Shown: piece after piece, positions 9,365-17,639 of the stretch | Position numbering within the stretch: the stretch's first letter is position 1 | How the letters are laid out: the number at the start of each line of letters is the position of its first letter | Assembly (NCBI GenBank): GCA_965243025.1 | Contig: CBDETY010000003.1 | Span: forward strand, 6,272,001-6,336,000 | Origin: Candidatus Latescibacterota bacterium | GTDB lineage: Bacteria > Latescibacterota > UBA2968 > UBA8231 | DNA: 64,000 nucleotides | Direction: 5' to 3' | Made by a program: the position numbers and the translations under genes | Notes under the pieces: model-generated | What the model was told of the DNA's origin: nothing | The model's database searches: none | The model's input: the letters and a program-made list of their open reading frames with translations, nothing else

Positions 9365-10359
9365 GGTCCGGGGCGGTGCCTCTCGTCGTCGCCGAGGACC
9401 TGGTCAAGACCTACCGCGTCGCGGAACGGCGGGCCGGACTGTGGGGGGCGGTCCGCGGCATCGCCCGCAGGCGGCACCGCACCGTGCGGGCCCTCGACGG
9501 GGTCTCCTTCGCCCTCGAAGCGGGGGAGCTGGTGGGCTGTATCGGACCGAACGGGGCAGGCAAGTCGACGACGGTGAAGCTGCTGTCCGGCATCGTCGTC
9601 CCCGACAGCGGGCGCTGCGAGATCGCCGGCAGGGTGCCGTGGCGCGAGCGCAGCGCCCACGTCGCCGGCATCGGCGTGGTGTTCGGGCAGCGCACCCAGC
9701 TCTGGTGGGACCTCCCCGTCGTCGAGTCGTTCGACCTGCTCCGGCATATCTACAAGGTGGAGGCCGGGGCGTACCGGCGCCGCCTCGAAGAGCTGGTGGG
9801 AGTGCTCGAGATCGGACCGCTTCTCGACGTGCCGGTACGACAGCTGAGCCTCGGGCAGCGGATGCGCTGCGACCTCGCCGCGGCGCTCCTGCACGACCCG
9901 GCGCTGCTGTTCCTCGACGAGCCGACCATCGGCCTCGACGCGGTCTCCAAGCTCGCCGTGCGCGGCTTCGTCAGGCGCCTGAACCGCGAGCGCGGCACCA
10001 CGGTGATCCTGACCACCCACGACATGGACGACGTCGAGGCGCTGTGCTCCCGGGTGATGGTGATCGGCCGCGGCCGCATCCTCATGGACGGAACGGTGGC
10101 GGGGCTGCGGTCGCGGGTCTCCCCGGAGCGCCGTCTCGTCGTCGACCTCGAGGACGGGTGCGACTCCATCGGGGAAAGGGAGGCCCGGGTGGTGCGCCGC
10201 GAGGGGCGCCGCTGGCACCTGGGGTACGACCCCGCCCGCACCGCGACCGCGGAGCTGATCAGCCGCATAGCCGCCAACCACGGGGTTCGCGACCTGTTCG
10301 TCGGGAACCCGCCCATAGAGGAGATCGTCGCCGAGCTCTACGGGCAGGAGGGAATGTGA
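9361..10359 (+). CDS. ABC exporter ATP-binding subunit
   Basis: Walker A GPNGAGKST, signature LSLGQRMR, Walker B LFLDEPT; GTGA overlap with the small HTH gene. Confidence 0.92.
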   Translation: MRSGAVPLVVAEDLVKTYRVAERRAGLWGAVRGIARRRHRTVRALDGVSFALEAGELVGCIGPNGAGKSTTVKLLSGIVVPDSGRCEIAGRVPWRERSAHVAGIGVVFGQRTQLWWDLPVVESFDLLRHIYKVEAGAYRRRLEELVGVLEIGPLLDVPVRQLSLGQRMRCDLAAALLHDPALLFLDEPTIGLDAVSKLAVRGFVRRLNRERGTTVILTTHDMDDVEALCSRVMVIGRGRILMDGTVAGLRSRVSPERRLVVDLEDGCDSIGEREARVVRREGRRWHLGYDPARTATAELISRIAANHGVRDLFVGNPPIEEIVAELYGQEGM

Positions 10360-11147
10360 GCGCCTGCGGGGCCCTGCTCAGCGCCCAGTTCAGGACCCTG
10401 CTGCAGTACCGGGCCGCGGCCCTGGCCGGCATGGGGACGCAGCTGTTCTTCGGGTTGGTGATCGTCATGGTCTACGAGGCATTCTACGCCTCGGCCGCCG
10501 GCCCGATGCCGATGACCCTTCGCGAGGTAATCACCTACACCTGGCTCGGCCAGGCGATGCTGGGGCTCATGCCGTGGAGCATCGACCCGGAGATCCGGGA
10601 GCGCATCCGCACCGGGGGAGTCGCGTACGAGCTGTTGCGGCCGGCCGACCTCTACAACATGTGGTTCGTCCGCTCGGTCGCCCGCCGCGCCGCCCCGACG
10701 CTGCTGCGGTCGCTGCCCATATTCGCGGTCGCCGGGCTGTTCCTCGGGCTCGAGCCGCCCCCTTCCGCGGCCGCCGGCCTCGCCTGGGCGGCGTCGACGC
10801 TCTGCGCCCTGCTGCTGTCGAGCGCCATCACCACCCTGATGGCGATCACCCTGATGTGGACGATCTCGGGGGAGGGGATCCTCTACATCATCCCGGGCAT
10901 CGCCGGCTTCTTCTCCGGGCAGTACCTGCCGCTGCCCCTGATGCCGGACCGGGCGGAGCGGCTCTTCGCGCTGCTGCCTTTCCGCGGGCTGATCGACATC
11001 CCGTTCCGCCTGTACCTGGGACGGGTTCCGGCGGAGGAGTGCCTGCCGCTGTTCCTGCACCAGCTCGCGTGGACGGCGGTCCTGGTGGTCGCGGGGCGCC
11101 GGGCCCTGGCCCGCGGCACCCGGCGGCTCGTCCTGCAGGGAGGCTGA
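10356..11147 (+). CDS. ABC-2 family permease (DUF990-type)
   Basis: LQYRAAALAG, IRTGGVAYELLRP, multiple TM segments; GTGA coupling. Confidence 0.88.
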   Translation: MSACGALLSAQFRTLLQYRAAALAGMGTQLFFGLVIVMVYEAFYASAAGPMPMTLREVITYTWLGQAMLGLMPWSIDPEIRERIRTGGVAYELLRPADLYNMWFVRSVARRAAPTLLRSLPIFAVAGLFLGLEPPPSAAAGLAWAASTLCALLLSSAITTLMAITLMWTISGEGILYIIPGIAGFFSGQYLPLPLMPDRAERLFALLPFRGLIDIPFRLYLGRVPAEECLPLFLHQLAWTAVLVVAGRRALARGTRRLVLQGG

Positions 11148-11151
11148 GCTC

Positions 11152-12036
11152 TTGCCCGGAGCCACCCCGCGGATCGGCAGCGGCACGAGCATATCCGAAG
11201 AACGCCGGCGCACCCGCCCCTGCATCGACCTCGTCCTCCCGCTCGCGGACACGCTGTCGCTCTACGGCCGCTATCTCGCGGTTTCGCTGCGCGGCCAGAT
11301 GCAGTACCGGGCCTCCTTCGCGATGATGGCCTCCGGCCACTTCTTCACCACCGCCCTGGAGTTGGCCGCGGTGTGGATGATGTTCGACCGCTTCGGCCAG
11401 CTGCGCGGCTGGTCGCTGTGGGAGGTCGGGCTCTTCTACGGCGTCGTCAACCTGTCGTTCGCCCTCTCCGAGGCGGTGGTGCGCGGCTTCGACCGCTTCG
11501 ACCGGCTGGTGAGGAGCGGCGAGTTCGACCGCGTCCTGCTGCGCCCGCGCGGGACCGTGCTGCAGCTGATCGGCCACGAGTTCCAGCTGCGCCGGGCCGG
11601 CCGCCTGCTGCAGGGAGCGATGGTGCTGGCCTGGGCGGCGGCGGAGCTGCAGCTCGCCTGGCCCCCGCAGAAGGTGCTGCTCCTCGCCGCGGCGGTCGCC
11701 GGAGGCGTCTGCCTGTTCAGCGGCATCGTGATCCTTCAGGCGACGCTCTGCTTCTGGACCATCGAGGGGCTGGAGTTGATGAACGCGCTGACCAACGGCG
11801 GCGTGTTCGCCGCCCAGTATCCGCTGTCGATCTACCGCGAGTGGTTCCGCCGCTTCTTCACCGGCGTCGTGCCCCTCGCCTGCGTCAGCTACTACCCGGT
11901 GCTTGGGCTTCTCGAGATCGACGACGGCTCCGGGGCGTTGCGCTGGCTGGCGCCGGCCGCGGGCCCGCTGTTCCTGCTCGTCTGCCTGCGGGTCTGGGGG
12001 TTCGGGGTCAGGCGCTACCGCTCGACCGGCAGCTAG
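11152..12036 (+). CDS. ABC-2 family permease (DUF990-type), second subunit
   Basis: MQYRASF, GEFDRVLLRP, QYPLSIY, ends RYRSTGS. Confidence 0.88.
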   Translation: MPGATPRIGSGTSISEERRRTRPCIDLVLPLADTLSLYGRYLAVSLRGQMQYRASFAMMASGHFFTTALELAAVWMMFDRFGQLRGWSLWEVGLFYGVVNLSFALSEAVVRGFDRFDRLVRSGEFDRVLLRPRGTVLQLIGHEFQLRRAGRLLQGAMVLAWAAAELQLAWPPQKVLLLAAAVAGGVCLFSGIVILQATLCFWTIEGLELMNALTNGGVFAAQYPLSIYREWFRRFFTGVVPLACVSYYPVLGLLEIDDGSGALRWLAPAAGPLFLLVCLRVWGFGVRRYRSTGS

Positions 12037-12346
12037 TGTCCGGACGGGCGATCCGGCGTCATTTCGCTCGCCGCCGGGTCGCGGCCGGCCGGGTTGCCCT
12101 TCGCTCGCCGTGCTCGTCCGGCAGGACTCGCAGGCGCTTGCGAGCCGGGTGCATCCGCCCCTCGTACGCTGAATTACCGTCGCCGGCACCAGGTTCCTGG
12201 GTGCACGAAAAAGCCGCGCCCCCCGCGGGCTCGCTCTACAAGAGCGGCACCCTCGAGAGACGCGGCTGTCTGTTCAGACCCGGTGATTACGCAGGCGCCG
12301 GGTCGGGCTGCTCGACGTCCGGGCCGGCGCGGAATCCCTCCCGGCG

Positions 12347-13003
12347 CTACGGCTGGGGAACGACGCGGATGTAGGGAAGCGGGGTCTCCCAGCCGTCGGG
12401 ATAGGTCTCCTTCGCCTCCTCGTCCGACACCGCCGGCACGATGATCACGTCCCCTCCCCGCTGCCAGTTGGCCGGGGTCGCGACCTTCTTGGTCGCGGTC
12501 AGCTGGCAGGAGTCGAGCAGGCGCAGGACCTCGTCGAAGTTGCGCCCCGTGCTCATCGGGTAGGTGATCGTCGCCTTGATCTTCTTGTCGGGGCCGATGA
12601 CGAACACCGACCTGGCGGTGGCGTTGTCCATCGGCGTGCGCCCCTCGGAGGTGTCGCCGGCGTCGGCGGGCAGCATGTCGTAGGACTTGACGACCTTCAA
12701 CTCCGGGTCTCCGACGAGCGGGTAGTTGATCGCGTGGCCCTGCGACGCCTCGATGTCCTTCGACCACGCGTGATGGTCGCTGACGCCGTCGACGCTTATC
12801 CCGAGCACCTTGCAGTTCCGCTTCTCGAACTCCGGCTTGAGGCCGGCCATGGTCCCCAGCTCGGTGGTGCAGACCGGGGTGAAGTCCTTGGGATGGGAGA
12901 ACAGGATTGCCCAGCCGTCGCCGATCCACTCGTGGAAGTTGATGGTGCCTTCCGTGGTCTGGGCGGTGAAATCGGGGGCTTCGTCGTTGATTCTCAGTGT
13001 CAT
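12347..13003 (-). CDS. 1-Cys peroxiredoxin (Prx6 family)
   Basis: FSHPKDFTPVCTTE and YPMSTGRNFDEVLR motifs; RBS AGGAGG. Confidence 0.95.
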   Translation of the reverse strand: MTLRINDEAPDFTAQTTEGTINFHEWIGDGWAILFSHPKDFTPVCTTELGTMAGLKPEFEKRNCKVLGISVDGVSDHHAWSKDIEASQGHAINYPLVGDPELKVVKSYDMLPADAGDTSEGRTPMDNATARSVFVIGPDKKIKATITYPMSTGRNFDEVLRLLDSCQLTATKKVATPANWQRGGDVIIVPAVSDEEAKETYPDGWETPLPYIRVVPQP

Positions 13004-13146
13004 GGTAGTCCTCCTGGGGGATGGCTATCTTTGCGCGAAGAGGCGCACATCGGATTGAAAAAAGGTATGGACAGGGGTCCGTCAAGAGCAGAGAGACGGG
13101 AGAAAATCCTGTCTGTCGTCTTCCTTCTTCCCGGGGAGCGGAGGCC

Positions 13147-14223
13147 GTGAAGACCACGGCCAGGCTGATTCACGGCGACGCCACCTGCATGGCCGGGGTG
13201 GGCGACGGATCGGTCGACCTCGTGGTCACCTCGCCGCCGTATCCCCTGATCGAAATGTGGGACAGCCTCTTCAGGGAACGGGTGCCCGGCGTCGACGAGG
13301 CGCTGGCCGCCGCCGACGGGGACCGCGCCTTCGCCCTGATGCACCGCCACCTCGACTCCGCCTGGCGCGAGGTCCACCGCGCGCTGCGGCCCGGGGGGAT
13401 CGCCTGCATCAACATCGGCGACGCCACGCGCACCCTGGGCGGCGAGTTCCGCCTCTACTCGAACCACTCCCGGGTGATCGCCGCCCTGTCGCAGCTCGGT
13501 TTGGTCACGCTGCCCGACATCCTGTGGCGCAAGCCGACCAACTCGCCGGCCAAGTTCATGGGGTCCGGGACGCTGCCGGCCGGCGCCTACGTCACCTACG
13601 AGCACGAGTACATCCTTATCGCCAGGAAGGGGAAGCGCCGCCGGTTCAGCCAGCCCGGGGAGAAGGCCCTGCGGCGGCAGAGCGCCTATTTCTGGGAGGA
13701 GAGGAACTCCTGGTTCTCCGACGTCTGGTTCGACCTCAGGGGAGCCGGGCAGAAGCTGGTCGATCCGGCCTCGCGGGAGCGCAGCGCCGCCTTTCCGTTC
13801 GAGCTGGCCTACCGGCTCGTCTGCATGCATTCGATCAAGGGGGACGTGGTGCTCGACCCTTTTTCCGGCACCGGCATGACCGCGGCCGCGGCGATGGCGG
13901 CCGGGAGGAGCTCGATCGCCGTCGAGATCGACGGTCAGCTTCTCGCGGTCGCCGGGAACATGCTCGGTTCCCTGGCGGAGTTCGCCAACGAATACACCCG
14001 GGAGCGGCTTCACCGGCACGTCGAGTTCGCCAGGAGGAGGGCGCAAGAAGGAGGGGGGATGAAACACGTCAACCGGAACTACCTCTTCCCGGTGGTGACT
14101 TCGCAGGAGCGGGACCTGATATTCAACGACATCGCATCGATTTCCGGCGGGAACGGTTCGATATGCGCCCGCTACGACGAGGAGCCCCAGACCGACTTCA
14201 CGGGGAACCGAAAGGACGCCTGA
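13147..14223 (+). CDS. Site-specific DNA methyltransferase, beta class (likely N4-cytosine)
   Basis: Motif IV DLVVTSPPY near the N-terminus precedes motif I VLDPFSGTG. Confidence 0.9.
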   Translation: MKTTARLIHGDATCMAGVGDGSVDLVVTSPPYPLIEMWDSLFRERVPGVDEALAAADGDRAFALMHRHLDSAWREVHRALRPGGIACINIGDATRTLGGEFRLYSNHSRVIAALSQLGLVTLPDILWRKPTNSPAKFMGSGTLPAGAYVTYEHEYILIARKGKRRRFSQPGEKALRRQSAYFWEERNSWFSDVWFDLRGAGQKLVDPASRERSAAFPFELAYRLVCMHSIKGDVVLDPFSGTGMTAAAAMAAGRSSIAVEIDGQLLAVAGNMLGSLAEFANEYTRERLHRHVEFARRRAQEGGGMKHVNRNYLFPVVTSQERDLIFNDIASISGGNGSICARYDEEPQTDFTGNRKDA

Positions 14224-14225
14224 CG

Positions 14226-15260
14226 ATGACAGCACCGATCCGTTGCCTCGCACTGGCTGTTCTTCTGACCACCTCGGCAACCGCCGCCGCGGAGAGCTTC
14301 GAAACGCAGCTCCTCGCCCTCGGGCACGCCCGGCTCAACGCTCCGAAAATGGGAAGGTCCGCCGACTTCCTGTCGGAGCTGAGCGCCCTGACCGGCATGG
14401 AGGAGGCGGAGGTGCGGAGCAGGCTGCTGGCCCTGACCGACAGCCTCGAGGCGCGGCGCAACCGAAAAAGCCCGGCCTGGAAAGGGCTGCTTGCCCTGCG
14501 GCCGCAAGAAGTGACGGAAAGGGAGGCGTCCGAATTCCTCAAGCACCTCCTCAAGGAGTCGCGCAAGCTCGTCGAGGAGGACAAGAGCAAGTCGCTGACC
14601 GCCGTCGTCAACAAGGCGAGCCGCAGGTCGAGGCTCGCCTACGACGGGCAGGCGCTGCTGATGAGGATCGTCGGCGAACCCTCGCGCCGTTCCGCCCGGG
14701 CCCGGGCGGGGGACAGCAAGGTGGGGATCCTGGTCGAAGCCAGGCCGTTCCTCCTGCACCGGGACAGCCCCCGCGAGGACCGCGGGGACCGGCTGGAGGC
14801 GCTGAAAGTCCGCCTTCTCGGAAAGCCGGACAACAACTTCTACATGTTCTTCGGAGTCGACACCCCGCAGGCGGTCCTCGACGAGTCGGATGAGCTGTAC
14901 GCCGCGGTGAAAGCGGCCTTGATCGAAGCGCTTCCCGGGTCGGCACGGGTGAAGTGGGCGGTCGGTTCGGCAGGGAAACAGCTGCAGCCGGATTACCGCC
15001 TTCGGGTCCGCTACAGCTACGGTCTGGCGAATCCGGCCGAGACAGGAGATCCGTCCCAGCCGGGGGAGTGGATGATCTCGTTTTTCGTTACCGAGGTGAA
15101 TTTGATCGACGTCGAGACCGACAGCCGGGTCTTCCAGGAGGGGAGCTACGGGATTTCCCTGCCCATCCGGCCGGGTGAGGAGGGGAACATCGAGCAGGCG
15201 GCAGCCGCCCTGGCGGAGCGGCTGGCCAGGGAGGTGGACGATTTTCTCAGGGGGGGCTGA
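14226..15260 (+). CDS. Hypothetical exported protein
   Basis: Signal peptide MTAPIRCLALAVLLTTSATAAA; typical GC3 codon use; no family recognised. Confidence 0.7.
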   Translation: MTAPIRCLALAVLLTTSATAAAESFETQLLALGHARLNAPKMGRSADFLSELSALTGMEEAEVRSRLLALTDSLEARRNRKSPAWKGLLALRPQEVTEREASEFLKHLLKESRKLVEEDKSKSLTAVVNKASRRSRLAYDGQALLMRIVGEPSRRSARARAGDSKVGILVEARPFLLHRDSPREDRGDRLEALKVRLLGKPDNNFYMFFGVDTPQAVLDESDELYAAVKAALIEALPGSARVKWAVGSAGKQLQPDYRLRVRYSYGLANPAETGDPSQPGEWMISFFVTEVNLIDVETDSRVFQEGSYGISLPIRPGEEGNIEQAAAALAERLAREVDDFLRGG

Positions 15261-15494
15261 AACCCCTCCTGTCCATGCGGGCAGGGGAGCGGCATGCGGC
15301 GTGAGCGACCGCCGGCAGTCGATTCGGTTTATGGAACGGCTGTAGGTGAAGGACTTTTCCGGCGCTATCTTTTAGGGAAGGTGGCCGCCATCCGCCAGGA
15401 GGGTTGCTGTTTACTCGATTTGCCCCGCAGGGGGGCGGGAATGCAGCGGCCGCGGTCAGGTGAATTACACGGCACGATCCGTGGAGGCTGAATC

Positions 15495-17492
15495 ATGAAT
15501 TCCTCGTCGAGAGCTTCGCGAACCAGAGGGCGCCGGGTGCGGCTGCCGCGAACGGCCATGCCCGCCGTCCTGGGGACCCTTCTCGCCGCGGCTCTGTGCG
15601 GCGACCTGTGGGCGCTGACCATCTACCGCTTCGGCGGGGGGGACCTGCCGGCGCCGGAGGAAGCGGGGCAGGAAGGGGTCGAGTTCATCCAGCGGAGCTG
15701 GCTCGATCCGGTGGACCCCGATGCCGGAGGGAGCCTCTTCCAGGTCGATCTCGACAACGGCACCATCAGGGCGCAGTACTACGGCGTCGACGAAAACATC
15801 GCCCTGACCGCCGCCGACAGGGGCGAGGGGGTGCGCGAGTCGACCCGGAAGGACGAACAGTCAGCCGCCGTCGACGGGGACCTGACCACGGCGTGGTACC
15901 CCGAGCAGTACCTGTGCGCCAGTTTCGACGCCCGCCAGGTCGCCAGCGGCCGCTGTACAGGCGATTACAAGGGGATCGACCGCTGGACCTTCGGGCTGGG
16001 GGGATTCTTCTACATCGACAAGGTCAGGATCATCTCCGGCCTCGGGGACGAAGCGGCGATCATGACCAACTTCCGTGTCTCGGCCGCCTCGGGGCGGGTC
16101 GCCAGCTCGACCTACGGCATCGCCTCGACGCGGCAGGTCTTCAACGAGATGGCGGAGATCCGCGGCAACCGCAGCGAGTTCCTCGACATCGAGTTCCCGC
16201 CCCACGACCGGATCGATTTCATCAACGTCCAGGCCGCCGAGCACAACAGGGAGTGGGCGGTCTACGAAATCGAGGTGTACGCGCGCGGCTACGTCGAGTC
16301 GTCCTCCTACGTCTCCGACGTGATCGAGTTCGACCGGACGATGGCCTGGGGCGACCTGAAGTGGTCGGGCAGCGAGGATCCCGGCGCCGAAGTGCGCATC
16401 CACACCCGCAGCGGCAACACCGCCGACCAGAACCTCTACTGGCAGTATACCGGCCGCGGCGAGAAGATCCCGGTTGAGGACGCCAAGACCTACAAGCGCC
16501 TGAAGCTCGGGGAGAGGGCCGGCACCACCTACGACCGGGACAACTGGACATTCTGGTCGGCGCCGTACGACTTCGCCGACAGCACCGGGACCCCGGTGGT
16601 CAGCCTCGGCCCGCGGCGGTTCTTCCAGTTCAAGGTCGACGTGATCCCCTCCAGCGAGGCGGGGGGCGAGCTCGATTTTCTCGAGTTCCGCGTGTCGGAG
16701 CCGCTCGCTTCCGGGCTGATCGGCGAGATCTCCCCGACCCGGGCGCAGATCGCCGAGCCGACGGCTTTCACCTACTACCTGCAGCCGTTCCTCGAGGCCG
16801 GCGCTTCCGGTTTCGACGGCCTCGAGGTCTCGACGTCGTCGATCGTCAACGGCGTGCGCTCCCTGCGCATAGGAGAGATCGACTGGCCCTTCGAGGTCAG
16901 GCCGCTCGACGAGAACGGCGTCGAACTGTCCGGCTTTCCCGCCAACCGGTTCGAGCTGACCTTCGCCGACACCAGGCTGGTGGCCGCCGACAGCGGCACC
17001 CCGGTCGAGATCGACTTCGATGCCAGGGTGCTGAGGTCGGGGGCGGCGTTCGAGGCGCGGGTGTTCGACTCGACGCAGCCGCTGGCGGTGCGCCAGAAGG
17101 TCGCCCCGGGAGACGCCAACAACCTCGTCGAGGGAAACACCCTTTCGGTCTCGACCTCCGCCGACGCCGAGCTGCTGCTGCAGACCGAGGTCTTTCCCGC
17201 CGCCATCACTCCGAACGACGACCGCGTCAACGACCTGGCCAGGATTTCCTACGACCTGCTCGAGATCATCGGCGACGCCGAGGTCAGCGTCGAGATACGC
17301 GATCTCTCGGGGCGGGTGGTGCGGCAGGTGTACGCGGGCCGCGACCTGGTGGGCAACTACGAGCGCGAGTGGGACGGCAGGGACGACGCCGGCGAGGTGG
17401 TGCCCCCCGGGATCTACCTGTACCGGATCGAGGTCGACACCGACCGGGACCGGGAGGCGGTAAGGCTCGGGCTGTTGAACGTGGCCTACTGA
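15495..17492 (+). CDS. Secreted protein with discoidin-like region and C-terminal FlgD-Ig/CTD (paralog 1)
   Basis: Signal peptide; AVDGDLTTAW; C-terminal ITPNDDRVND...WDGRDDAGEVVPPGIYLYR...VAY. Confidence 0.85.
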   Translation: MNSSSRASRTRGRRVRLPRTAMPAVLGTLLAAALCGDLWALTIYRFGGGDLPAPEEAGQEGVEFIQRSWLDPVDPDAGGSLFQVDLDNGTIRAQYYGVDENIALTAADRGEGVRESTRKDEQSAAVDGDLTTAWYPEQYLCASFDARQVASGRCTGDYKGIDRWTFGLGGFFYIDKVRIISGLGDEAAIMTNFRVSAASGRVASSTYGIASTRQVFNEMAEIRGNRSEFLDIEFPPHDRIDFINVQAAEHNREWAVYEIEVYARGYVESSSYVSDVIEFDRTMAWGDLKWSGSEDPGAEVRIHTRSGNTADQNLYWQYTGRGEKIPVEDAKTYKRLKLGERAGTTYDRDNWTFWSAPYDFADSTGTPVVSLGPRRFFQFKVDVIPSSEAGGELDFLEFRVSEPLASGLIGEISPTRAQIAEPTAFTYYLQPFLEAGASGFDGLEVSTSSIVNGVRSLRIGEIDWPFEVRPLDENGVELSGFPANRFELTFADTRLVAADSGTPVEIDFDARVLRSGAAFEARVFDSTQPLAVRQKVAPGDANNLVEGNTLSVSTSADAELLLQTEVFPAAITPNDDRVNDLARISYDLLEIIGDAEVSVEIRDLSGRVVRQVYAGRDLVGNYEREWDGRDDAGEVVPPGIYLYRIEVDTDRDREAVRLGLLNVAY

Positions 17493-17639
17493 CCGCCCCC
17501 CCACCGGCGTCACCGGCCCTGGTGGGGGCCGAACGTCTGTCCGTGCGATCCCATCTCGCGATGGCCGTTGCGGGTGCCGGAGCTCCAGCCTGACGAAGGT
17601 TGGCCAACCGGAACCACGGCCATCCAGGCAGGACCGGCG

